Source: Eledone cirrhosa
Taxonomy: Eukaryota
Assembly (NCBI GenBank): GCA_964016885.1
Contig: OZ024754.1
Location: 17,794,001-17,858,000 of the forward strand
DNA length: 64,000 nucleotides
Direction: 5' to 3'
Below, in pieces: positions 1 to 11,700 of this stretch (within the stretch, counting starts at the first letter, position 1; each line of letters opens with the position of its first letter). The position numbers were made by a program, and so were the translations under genes. Below the pieces are notes generated by a model. That model ran no database searches. It was not told the DNA's origin and saw nothing but the letters and a program-made list of their open reading frames with translations.

Positions 1-693
1 CAATATCAGGTCTTATAAGAGGTAACCCCAGAGTTAAACAACATCAGGTCTCATAAAAGATGACCCCAGAATTAAACAAATTCAGGTTTTATAAATAATG
101 ACCCTAGAGTTAAACAATATCAGGTCTTATAACAGGTAACCCCATATTAAACAATATCAGGTATTATAAGAGGCAACGACAGAGTTAAACAAAATCAGGT
201 CTTATCATAGGTAACCCCAGAGTAAAACAACATAACGTCTTATAAGATGTGACCCCAGTGTTAAACAACATCAGGTCTCATAAAATATGACCCCAAAGTT
301 AAACAACATCAGGTCTTATAAGAGGTAAATAACATCAGGTCTCATAAAAGATGACCCCAGAGTTAAACAAATTCAGGTGTCATAAATAATGACACCAGAG
401 TTAAACAACATCAGGTCTCATAAGCGGTAACCCCAGAGTTAAACAATATCAGGTCTTATAAGATGTAACCCAGAGTTAAACAACATCAGGTCTAATAAAA
501 GATGACCCCACAGTTAAACAACATCAGGTCTTATAAGAGGTAACCCCAGAGTTAAACAACTTCAGGTCTTATAAGAGGAAACACCAGAGTGAAACAATAT
601 CACGTCTTATAAGAGGTAACCCCAGAGTTAAACAACATCAGGTCTTATACGATGTAAGCACAGAGTTAAACAACATCAGGTCTTATAAGAGGT
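1..693. repeat. 38-bp satellite array, left segment (consensus CAACATCAGGTCTTATAAGAGGTAACCCCAGAGTTAAA)
   Basis: Direct tandem repeats with two alternating subtypes (TCTTATAAGAGGTAACCCC and TCTCATAAAAGATGACCCC). Confidence 0.97.
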
Positions 694-1092
694 TATAACG
701 TTGATTAAGTGCCGCTGGAGATATTATTATATTTATCGATTCAGAAGGCAATGACAAAAACGACATAATCCGTTATAACAAAAATTCCCTTTTATTTTAT
801 GTATAAATATGGAATCGAAAATAAAAAGAGAAGGTTGAGCAAGTCTTCACATCGTTTTGACTGTGGAGATGTGAAAAGAATGTGGCATATCAAATGTTGG
901 ACATCTTGATGCTGGTCGTTCAGTGAACTCTCTCTGTGTCTCTCTGCCTGTCAGCCAACTCTGTCTCTGGTCCAAGTAGTCCAGCAACTTGTCTCGATCC
1001 GCTGAGGGTCCTGATTGGCTACTACAGCAAATTCATCTCTGTGATGCTATTCTTCCGCCAAAGGAAAATACATAATAATTCTGTTCACTACA
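694..1092 (-). repeat. 3' LTR of the CsRn1-like element
   Basis: Near-identical to 8300-8719; starts TGTAGTG on the minus strand after a purine tract. Confidence 0.88.
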
Positions 1093-1297
1093 GTACCCTC
1101 CGTTTAGATCGAAAATCGATATCAATACATGAGTAGTGCTAAATATGCAATATGTCTACATGACATCAAACAATAAAAAATCATTGGGTACACCGAGAAA
1201 AGATACATGCATGAATACAACCAAGAAAAATGAAACATAACATAATTGAACAAGGAAAAGTTTACATAAGAGTCAAAAGTTTGAACAATATCACAGT

Positions 1298-1892
1298 TCA
1301 TATATAGATTGTTTTACTCAATCTTTGAGGCCAATGTAATCTACGACCACTAGGTGTCGTCGTAACAGATGTTGTTGAAAGTAATGAAGGTGTGTGTGAT
1401 GTTGTGGGTGAGTATGCTTGTGAAGGTTCAACATACAATGTATTGTATGTGGGGGGTGTATGGGGTTCAACTGGTGGAACGTCTGTAAAGGCCTGTTTAA
1501 TCCTATCTACAGAAACTGCGTGTTTCCTACCACAAATGTCTATGGTAAAAAGTTTGTCCGTTTTTGCCAGGACACGGTAGGGTCCAGCATAGGGTGGCAC
1601 AAGTGGTCCTTTCACTGAGTCCAATAAGTAATGTTTTTAGGAACCGAAAATTTAATCGTCTGTTGACGTGTTCCCATAGGCGGAAGATCGTTGAAATATG
1701 ATCGCAAACGGTTAATATATAACGTCGTATCTTCCAGCGATGCGTCGACTGGGACTAACATCTGTCCCGGCAATGATAAAGGTGTTCTGTTCAGCAATTC
1801 CGCTGGGGAATATTCGAGATCCTTCCTGACCGCCGCGCGACCACCAAGAAGAACAATTGATAGATATTCACTCCCTTTTTGCTGGTCGGGAT
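1298..1892 (-). pseudogene. Integrase C-terminal remainder of the CsRn1-like pol, split off by the nested insertion
   Basis: Removing 1893-4527 restores ...RQLKAALHAY-PDQQK.SEYLSIVLLG... and then the LVPPYAGPY (GPY/F) motif. Confidence 0.88.
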
Positions 1893-2190
1893 TGTAGTGA
1901 CCTACATTCCGCGGGCTCACATACATTCTCTGTGCGTGATTTGGCTCAGCTCAGCCAATCAGCGCCAGTAGAAGAGAATGTATCTCTACGCGCCCCGAGG
2001 GAAAAATTCCCGTGTTGATTTGAAGAATCAGTCTCTCGCATCCTGAACTTCGAAGGAGCAGCACGTTAACATGTAACGGTGAGATTTTGCACTTTGGCCT
2101 TCATTGGGCCTGGCACATTCCCTTTATGTGTAACTTCCACCATACAAATTAACAAACAATTATTTGCTGTTGACATCATTATTATGTGAA

Positions 2191-2373
2191 TTGGCAGTAT
2201 CGGTAGAGGGTTGGACGGCATGCTTTCTAGCATAGTTACATCCCTTTACAGTCTGAGTTCAAATCCCGCCGAGGTTAACTTTGCCTTTCATCCTTACAGT
2301 GTCGATAAAATAAAGTACCAGTAATGTACTGGGTAATTGCTGGCCTTGTGCCTAAGGTAGAAACAATTATTAT
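2191..2373 (+). mobile_element. tRNA-derived SINE (Nin-like central domain) in the 5' LTR of the nested element
   Basis: A-box-like TGGCAGTATCGG, B-box GAGTTCAAATCC, GTTAACTTTGCCTTTCATCC...GTCGATAAAATAAAGTACCAG core and an ATT tail. Confidence 0.85.
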
Positions 2374-4252
2374 GTTATTCGTGTCCCAATACCATTTATA
2401 TACTATGATGCTAAAAATGGTGACCCCGACATGATGAATATTTTCAGTTCAAAATAATCCTTTTAAAATTAAAAAAAATTAGCAGTATTTTAAAAAATTT
2501 TCACCACGAGGAAATTTCAAAATGTCTACCACCAAGTACTTCTCTACTACCAGCCCATCAGCAGCAACACATGGCTATCACCACTACCAAATACATCAGC
2601 AGCAGCGAAAACACATGGTTAACTACTAACCAACAACAGGGAATAGCGAAGTGGCAGCTTCATAGCCTTTACCGACACAAACCACCACATCATATTGTTT
2701 ACTTCTACGCTTTCACCTCTTCTATCGTCTCTACCGTTAAGAAAAAAAAATGGAAGTAGTTTTTTTTTAAGAACAACAACACATGGTTTAACTTTCATGA
2801 ACCCGCCTGCGACAACATCTTTGAAAGAAAAAATTAGCTGTATTTTCAAAATTATGGCACGGAAACATTTTTCTTTCGATACGGCTTCCTGCAATACAAA
2901 CAAGTAAACACCGAACTCACGTGGTGACTTACGGCTCTTCAATACTCGACTTCGCTTCGATAGCAACAACAACAACAAAAATTCTACTAGCTTCCCAAAG
3001 AAATTTCAAAGAAAAGAAAAGGCGAACTTTTTGTTAAAAGAAAAGAAACAATTCTTTCTTTCTTCCTTTTTTTTTTTCAGGCAATGTTTGGACATTTATT
3101 TTTTAAAAACTGTATTATATGAAAATTCATTTTTTTTTAATCATTGTATATATGACTGCACCCACACATTCTTTGCTGTATTACATGCCTGCATATGCAC
3201 ACACATTTCTTTGACACACACCAACATGTTGTTCTCAGTATATGTTCTTCAAACGTAATATTCTGCGAGATCCCTTTTCACCTGGTTGAGGTGCCGACAC
3301 ATACTAGCGACTCATAGAGCTTAATTAACCTGGATTCAAACAGGCACCGCAACACGAGAACTGCTAATTGCAGCTGGATTCAAACAGCTTCGCATCTCGT
3401 TGCACTCATCGTCCATAACAACCTCCATCTTGTTACCTTACCCGACTCACTGGGAAAACAACAAATGGAACTGGACCTGTCAGCATTTCCACCACTTCTG
3501 TGGATTCGCCGGAATTATGGAATTTACACTGCAACTACTATCCACCTACAGATTCAACTTGCTTTTTTCTTTTCAAAGCAACCAGCCATTTTTTCCTGGC
3601 TGCCTAATACTTTCGGCAATACATCTGGGAGGCCAACATTTTCTCGCCTACCCATCATCTTCTTGCCAGCACTGGTAAACTACCATAACAGCTTCATCCA
3701 CAGCTACTGGTACAACACTTACCATTAACATTTAATGCAAGAACAGCAACTTCGCCCATGTCAGACTTTATCCATTTTCTGTTAGACCCTTCGTGGTCAC
3801 GTATAAACTACAAAACAGTTAGTCATTTGACACAGCGGCTCAACACGGCCCTTAGTGCCTCATTTTTCTTCTTGCCTGCATCCTTCTGCTCAATTATCTT
3901 TTTCACTGATGTGCTCTTTCAGCATTTTTTCCTGCTGATTCAATAATCTGTATCGTCTTACGTCTAGAGGGGGAGTATTGTAGTGACCTACATTCCACGA
4001 GCTCATACATTCTCTGTGCATGATTTGGCTCAGCTCAGCCAGTAGAAGAGAATGTATCTCTACGCGCCCTGAAGGAAAAATTCCCGCGTTGATTTGAAGA
4101 ATCAGCCTCTCGCATCCTGAACTTCGAAGGAGCAACACGTACATGTAACGGTGAGATTTTGCACTTTGGCCTGCCGGCCTTCCTTGGACCTGGCACATTT
4201 GTAACCTCATTTTATGTGTAACTTCCACCATACAAATTAACAAACATTATTT

Positions 4253-4447
4253 GTGCTCGGTGGATTGGCAGTATCGGTGGAGAGTCGGACGCCATGCTTT
4301 CCAGCATAGTTACGTCCCTTTACGATCTGAGTTCAAATCCCGCCGAGGTTGACTTTGCCTTTCATCCTTACGGGGGTCGATAAAATAAAGTACCAGTAAT
4401 GTACTAGATAATTGCTGGCCTTGTGCCTAAGGTAGAAACAATTATTT
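4253..4447 (+). mobile_element. Same SINE family in the 3' LTR of the nested element
   Basis: Same A/B boxes and core, at a different LTR position than the 2191 copy. Confidence 0.85.
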
Positions 4448-4523
4448 CATCTCTAATTTCTGCTGTTGACATCATTATTATGTGACTCGTGTCCCAATAA
4501 CATTTATATACTATGCTGCTAAA

Positions 4524-7000
4524 AGATAAGCATGCAATGCTGCTTTTAATTGGCGATGAAAGCGCTCTATCATGCCATTTGACACCGGATGGTAACTAGT
4601 AGTTCTAATTCGACGTATCCCTAAGATTTTAGAAAGTTCATGGAAGAGATGTGATTCAAATTGTCCGCCACGGTCAGTGGTGATCGTGGAAGAGACACTG
4701 TATCGCGAAATCCAGCCAGAGGTCAGAGCTCGTGCTACCGATTCTGCTGAAATCTCTTCGAGAGGAATGCTTCAGGCCAACGTGTAAAGCGATCGATACA
4801 CGTAAGAAGGTATGTCTGGTCGGCCAAGGTCCAACTAGGTCGATATGAATATGGTCGAAGCGGGCATCAGGAGTGTTGAATGTGCCGAGAGGTGCTCGAA
4901 TGTGTTTGTGCACCTTAGACTTCTGGCAAGGTATGCAGGAACGAGACCATGCAGTGATATCTCGTCTCATATTTGGCCAAAAGAATCTGGCCGTAATGAG
5001 TTTCACTGATGAATGGATTCCAAGGTGTGAGAGGTTGTGTAACATATCGAAAACTGTTCGCCGATGAAATTCCGGAACGAAGGGTCGAGGTGAATCAGTC
5101 GATATGTCACACAGGATGCTTGTGTACAGGTAATTGTTTGAATTTGCACGTCGCGAATTCGGTTGCAGATAAATCTAATTCGCACAAAGCAGGCTGGTCA
5201 GCAGCAAGCAAACGTAGATCAATATCCGTTTTTGTCGATAGTGAGTTGACAGATAAACGAGATAATGCATCTGCCGCTAAATTCTGTGATCCAGGAATAT
5301 GGCGTATATCACTAGTGAATTGTGATACATAATCTAAATGTCGAATTTCACGTGGCGAGTATCTTTCGGGTTTCGCTTTGAGAGCAAATGTAAAAGGACG
5401 ATAGTCCGTGAAGATCGTAAACTGGCGTCCTTCCAACAAATGCTGGAAGTGTTTGATTGCCAGGTACATTGATAACAGTTCTCTGCCGAAAGTACTGTAT
5501 CGGGTTTCAGCGGGTTTAAGCTGTTTTGAGAAATATGCAAGTGGTTGCATCTTCTGGTTGTGGTACTGTTGCAAAACTGCACCTACTGCTGTGCCTGATG
5601 CATCAACGACCAGTGAAAACTGGGCATCCGGCACAGGATGTGCAAGCAGGGTGACATCAGCTAATTCCTGTTTCACTCTGGAATAAGCTTCGAGTTGAGC
5701 AGGGTCTAAAGAAATAGATTCGTTTTTCTTTTTTCGATTCCGCAACGGTTCAGAAAGAGGTGCTATGTGCTCAGCACAATGTGGAATAAATCAACGGTAA
5801 TAATTTAGCAGTCCCAAGAACTGACGTAATGATGTAGGAGGAGGTAATTCTTGAAAAGCTTTCACTTTATCCGGTGGAGGTGATATGCCTGTAGGACTAA
5901 TGATGTGTCCTAGAAAAACTAGCGAAGACGCACCAAATATACACTTCGCGGGGTTAATGCGAACTTGGTACTTCTTAAACAGTTGAAATAACAAACGAAG
6001 GTGTTTAACATGTTCCTCTGGAGATGTGCTAGCAACGAGTACGTTGTCTATATAGCAGTATACAAAATCCAGGTCTCTGGTGATTTCGTCCATGAAGCGT
6101 TGAAAGGTACTAGCGGCGTTGCGTAGACCAAAGAGCATCATTAGGAACTCAAAAGCACTAAAGGGTGTAGTGATAGCAGTCTTCGGAATATCAGCTGGAT
6201 TAAGTGGCATCTGATGATACGCTCTGACTAAATCCAGTTTAGAAAAAACTGTGCATCCATGTAAGGAAGAAGCAAAATCCTGAATGTGTGGGATCGGGTA
6301 CCGTCATCGCGTTGAATCGGCGAAAGTCCCCAGTCAGACGCCAATCGCCGGAACGCTTTGGAACCAAATGCAAAGGAGAGGCCCACGGGCTGGAGGAAGG
6401 GCGTATGATCCCCAGCTGTAGCATGTGGTTAAATTCAGCCTTCCCGGCTTTCAATTTCTCCGCAGGGAGGCGGCGAGGGTGTGAAAATACAGGAGCGCCA
6501 GAAGTTTCGATATAATGTTTTGTGAAGTGAGTAGACTTGCTCACCACAAAATTCAAATTTGTCAATTCGGGAAGGAATTTAGGAGCGACTGGAAAGGGTC
6601 CTCGGAAGCAGCGATAAAAAATACCGGGCGGATGAGTCAGTAGATCTCAAACCCGGAACGGAGAGTTCGGTATTAGCATCCAACAACCAGCGTCTGCGCA
6701 TATCCACTAAGAGGTTATAGTGGTGCAGGAAATCCGAGCCTAGAATAGGGTAAGGCAAATCAGCGACCGTGAAGTCTTCGCAATTCCAGGTTCAAAGAAC
6801 GAGAAATTTGACCATACGTGGAGATAGGAGAATGATTTACGGCTTGCAGAGAAATGGATGAAACTGACGGCTTCTCTTTGAGAAGTTTTAGCGGCCATAT
6901 ACTGCAAGCAGCGCCTGTATCCACTAGACATCGAGCTTGGGAAAACGTGTCAGTTATGAAGAACGCACGATTATTTGGGAGTGTCAGAGGAGACTATGCC
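4524..7000 (-). pseudogene. pol (PR-RT-RH-IN core) of the CsRn1-like element, fragmented
   Basis: Fragments 6239-6565, 5791-6210, 5107-5745 and 4674-5045 carry RT, RNase H and integrase motifs. Confidence 0.92.
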
Positions 7001-7004
7001 GTGC

Positions 7005-7782
7005 TCAGGCTTCCTGAAATTCGTTTCCCTGGTTGGAAAAGGAACAGGGCTGTCTACAACAACGTGCCGCCACGCCAAAACGGCTGTGATAGTAGCACAG
7101 TCCTGGTTTGTTTGTGTGGCGGCGGCGTGGCGAGGGCAAACGGCTCTGTAGAAGACGTCTGGGCGATTGAGCCCTGGAGAAACTCAATTTTCTCACCTCT
7201 TTGGTGAGTTGTGCTATGGCTTGAAGAATTGCCGTAGACGTGAATGGCAGCCACTGGAGAGAACGAAGAGACCTCAGCCAGCGGCTGAGGTGTAGCGAAG
7301 GAGGCAGGCTTTCCTGTGAAACTTATAATTTTGTCCGCCGAAGACGCCAATTGCTCGACTGAGCTAGTCTCCATCATAGGCGCCAATATCGTCTGGATAT
7401 TGCGCGGCAGCCTCGAAAAGAAAAGCTATCTCAGGAGGGCGCTATCAGCTGGAGCGTCCTCCGCCAGTTCTTTCATTCGATGCAGGAACTGGCTCGGCGT
7501 ACGATCACCCAAATGCTCGTCATTTACTAGGTTTGAAGCCTCCTCTGCGGACAACGTGGTACGCCGCACCACCTCGCGCTTAACGCTCTCATAGGTGGCT
7601 CCAGGGGCCGGATCAGTAATCAGATCCTTAAGGACTGTCGTTAAAGACGCCGGTATAGCACTCAAAAGAATATGTAGTTGTCTGTCTTCGGATGTTATGC
7701 CATTCACAGCAAAATGTGATTCAATCAGGGTGAACCAGACACGGACGTCGCCTGCAAACACTGGCAATGAAATGCTAGCCAT
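7005..7782 (-). pseudogene. gag of the CsRn1-like element (stop/frameshift disrupted)
   Basis: ORF fragments 7426-7947, 7054-7386 and 7005-7196 carry the Gag N-terminus and CHCC finger. Slippery GGGAAAC on the minus strand at 7023-7029. Confidence 0.85.
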
Positions 7783-8299
7783 CGTGAATGCCAGTAAGCA
7801 ATAGAGAACAACAAGGAAAATGCAGGCCAGAAAGGATCCAAGGGAAGAGAAAAATATGAAATAAAAACAATGATATTTTCTGTCGTTGTTGAAGAGACAA
7901 ATGTTAAGAATAAAAAAAAAAATTTTCTTTTCTTTCATATTTTTCAAAATGGTGTTGCCCCCAAGTCAATTTGGCGGGGAAATGAATTTTGAAGAAGAAA
8001 GCCGGCGCCATGATGTATTTCCCGTGCAATATTTATATTTATAAATACCATGACTCATGCTGTCGCGAACATTTCTCGAGGAATCCCTATGAATTTTTAT
8101 TCTTTTTTTTTTTTTTTTATCATATATTTCGATTGAGCTGCTGCTATGATAAGTGTCCATCCGAGAGAGAAAAAATATTGCTGTCCTTAATTTTCTTATC
8201 GGTTCCGAATGTTTTTTTTTTATATATAAAGTAAATCCGTATCACCATTTATTATGTAGAGTGGTAAGTGGCATGTTGATCACGTAGGGAGGTTACCAT

Positions 8300-8719
8300 T
8301 TTCTACCGTTGATTAAGTGTCGCTGGAGATATTATTATATTTATCAATTCAGAAGGCAATGACAAAAACGACAATCATTTTAACAAAAATTCCCTTTTAT
8401 TTGTTGTACAAATATGGAATCGAAAATAACAAGAGAGGGTTGAGCAAGTCTTCACATCGTGTTGGCTGTGGAGATGTGAAAAGAATGTGGCATATCAAAT
8501 GTCGGACATCTTGATGCTGGTCGTTCAGTGAACTCTCTCTGTGTCTCTCTGCCTGTCAGCCAACTTTGTCTCTGGTTCAAGTAGTCCAGCAACTTGTCTC
8601 GATCCGCTGAGGGTCCTGATTGGCTACTACAGCTAATTCATCTCTGTGATGCTATTGTTCCGCCAAAGGAAAATACATTTAATCACAAGGGAAAATACAT
8701 AATAATTCTGTTCACTAGA
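8300..8719 (-). repeat. 5' LTR of the CsRn1-like element
   Basis: Matches 694-1092; followed on the minus strand by the Trp-tRNA-like PBS. Confidence 0.88.
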
Positions 8720-11700
8720 AGGAACCTCCAAAGTTAAACAACATCAGGTCTTATAAGAGGTAACCCCAGAGTTAAACAACATCAAGCCTTATAAAAGGTA
8801 ACCCCAGATTTAAACAACATCAGGTCTTATGAAAGATAACCCGAGAGTTAAACAACATCAGGTCTCATAAAAGATGACCCCAGAGTTTAATAAATTCAGG
8901 TCTCATAAAAGTTAAACAACATCAGGTCTTATCAGAGGTAACCACAGAGTTAAAGAACATCAGGTTTTATAAGATGTAACCCCAGAATTAAACAACATCA
9001 GGACATGTAAGAGGCAACCCCAGAGCTAAACAATATCAGATCTGATAAGAGGTAATCCGAGAGTTAAACAATATCAGGTCTTATAAGAGTTAACCCCAGG
9101 GTTAAACAACATCAGGCCTTATAAGAGATAACCCCAGATTTAAACAACATCAGGTCTCATAGAAGATGACCCCAGAGTTAAACAACATCAGGTCTTATCA
9201 GAGGTAACCCCAGAGTTAAAGAATATCAGGTCTTATAAGAGTTAATCCCAAAGTTAAGAAATATCAGGTCTTATAAGAGGTAACCCCAGAGTTAAACAAC
9301 ATCAGGACTTGTAAGAGGTAACCCGAGAGTTAAACAACATCAGGTCTCATAAAAGATGACCCCAGAGTTAAACATCAGGTGTGATAAGAGGTAACCCCAG
9401 AGTAAAACAACATCAGCTCTCATAAAAGATGTCCCCAGAGTTAAATAAATTCAGGTGTTATAAGAGGTTACCACAGAGTTAAACAATATCAAGTCTTATA
9501 AGAGGTACCCCCAGAGTTAAAGAACATCAGGTCTAATAAAAGATGTCCCCAGAGTTAAATAAATTCAGGTCTCAAAAAGATGACCGTAGATTTAAACAAC
9601 ATCAGGTCTTATCAGAGGTAACACCAGAGTTACACAACATCAGGTCTTATAAAAGGTTACCCCATGGTTAAACAACATCAGGTCTTATAAGATATAACCC
9701 CAACATTAAACATAAAAGATGACCCCAGAGTTAAACAACATCAAGTCTTATAAGAGGTAACCCCAGATTTAAACAACATTAGGTCTTATCAGATGTAACC
9801 CCCGAGTTAAACAACATCAGGTCTTATCAGAGATAACACCAGAGTTAAACAACATCAGGTCTCATAAAATATGACCCTAGATTTAAACAACATCAGGTCT
9901 TATAATAGGTAATCCCAGAGTTAAAGGACATCAGGATTTATAAGAGGTAACCCCAGAATTAAACAACATCAGGACTTGTAAGAGGCAACCCCAGAGCTAA
10001 ACAATATCAGGTCTGATAAAAAATAATCCGAGAGCTAAACATCAGGTCTTATAAGAGGTAACCCCAGATTTAAACAACATCGGGTCTCATAAAAGATGTC
10101 CCCAAAGTTAAATAAATTCAGGTCTCAAAAAGATGACCCTAGATTTAAACAACATCAAGTCTTATCAGAGGTAACACCAAAGGTAAACAACATCAGGTCT
10201 TATAAAAGGTAACCCCAGAGTTAAATAACATCAGGTCTTATAAGAAGTAACCCCAGAGTTAAACAATATCAGGTCTTATAAGAGGTAACCCCAGAGTTAA
10301 ACAAATTCAGGTCTCATAGATAATGACGCCAGAGTTAAACAACATCAGGTCATATCAGAGCTAATCCCAAAGTTAAGCAATATCAGGTCTTATAAGATAT
10401 AACCCCAACATTAAACAACATCAGGTCTTATAAAAGGTAACACCCAGAATGAAACAATATCAGGTCTTATAAGATGTAACCTCAGAGTTAAACAATATCA
10501 TCATCATCATCATCATCATTTTACGTCCGCTTTTCCCTGCTTGCAAGGGTGGGACGGGTCTTATTCAGCACAGCATCTCTCCACACGTCACGGTCCTTCG
10601 TCATCTCCACCGTGAGCTTCAATGATCTGAGGTCTGTTCTCACCACCTCCGCCCATGTTTTTCGTGGTCTACCTCTACCACGTCTTCCTTCAACTGGCAT
10701 TTCCTGGCACTTCTTCACCCATCGGTCATCCTCCATGCGCATCACATGTCCATACCACCTCAGTCTTCTCTCCCGTACACTACATTCTATCCCTCTCAGA
10801 CACAGTTTCCCTCTCAACACATTTATGCTGGGTCGTTCACGCACATTTACACTGCACATCCAACGGAGCATGCTTGCCTCATTTCTCTCCAGCCGTCACA
10901 TATCCTCTGCAGTTGCTGCCCATGTCTCACTACCATGCAGCATCGCGCTCCTCACACAGGCATCATACAACCGGCCTTTCGTACGCAGGGAGAAACCCTT
11001 CTTCGTCAACAGAGGAAGCAGCTCCCTAAACTTCTTCCAACCCGTCCTTATTCTAGATACTATGGCCTCGGAACACCCTCCTCCCATGCTAATCTGATCT
11101 ACTAGGTACCGGAAGCTATCCACCACTTCTATAGCGCCCTCCTGCATTTGAAAAATGTGTCTATCAATGCGACTTCTACTGTCTAATTTCCCTGTACATC
11201 TACTGCATACATATTTCTCCCTACCTGTTAGTTTGCCTGCTATCCCGCTACATCTCTTGTGTACCCAGGATCTGCATTGTGTCCATTTTATAGAATTTAT
11301 ACCAGTTCCTTTTCTGCATATCGAACATGGCCATTTCCCTGACGGAATCAGGGTTTTGTCCTCTTTTCTACTCATCAACACTTTTGTCTGAGCTAGATTC
11401 ACTCTCAGTCCTCTTGCTTCCAACTGCTGTTTCCATAGCCAGAATTTATTCTCTAGCTCCTCTACTGATTCTGCTATAAGAACCAGATCGTCAGCATAGA
11501 GAAGTTCCCATGGACAGCCAGTCTTAAACTCCTCTGTTATGGCTTGGAGGACTATAATGAACAAGAGCGGGCTGAGGACCGAACCCTGATGTACTCCTAC
11601 TTGTATCTGGAATTCCTCACTAAACTCCATCAGGTCTTATAAAAGGTGTCCCCAGAGTTAAACAACATCAGGTCTCATAAAATATGAGCAACATCAGGTA

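Larger units (their letters stand above)
1893..4523 (+). mobile_element. Nested non-autonomous LTR element (TRIM/LARD-like), opposite orientation
   Basis: LTRs ~1893-2415 and 3979-4523 start TGTAGTGACC. PBS TGGTGACCCCGACATGAT (tRNA-Trp) at 2418-2435. PPT AGAGGGGGAG at 3966-3975. Imperfect 4-bp TSD GGAT/AGAT. No recognisable gag/pol inside. Confidence 0.88.
694..8719 (-). mobile_element. Degenerate Ty3/Gypsy LTR retrotransposon, CsRn1/Kabuki-like, inserted in the satellite
   Basis: Two ~400-bp LTRs (~694-1092 and ~8300-8719). Degenerate tRNA-Trp PBS (minus-strand TGGTAACCTCCCTACGTGATC, 8278-8298). PPT-like GGAGGG next to the 3' LTR. Gag (MASISLPVFAGDVRVWF...) with CHCC finger CYYHSRFGVAARCCRQPC, protease LVDTGA, RT (YIDN), RNase H (VDASG), integrase (HLGI, CIPCQ, HIDLVGP, GMIERFHRQLK, GPY). 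Confidence 0.93.

Noticed and set aside
2191-2290. tRNA gene suggested by A/B boxes
   Set aside because: No cloverleaf; it is a SINE head present in several copies.
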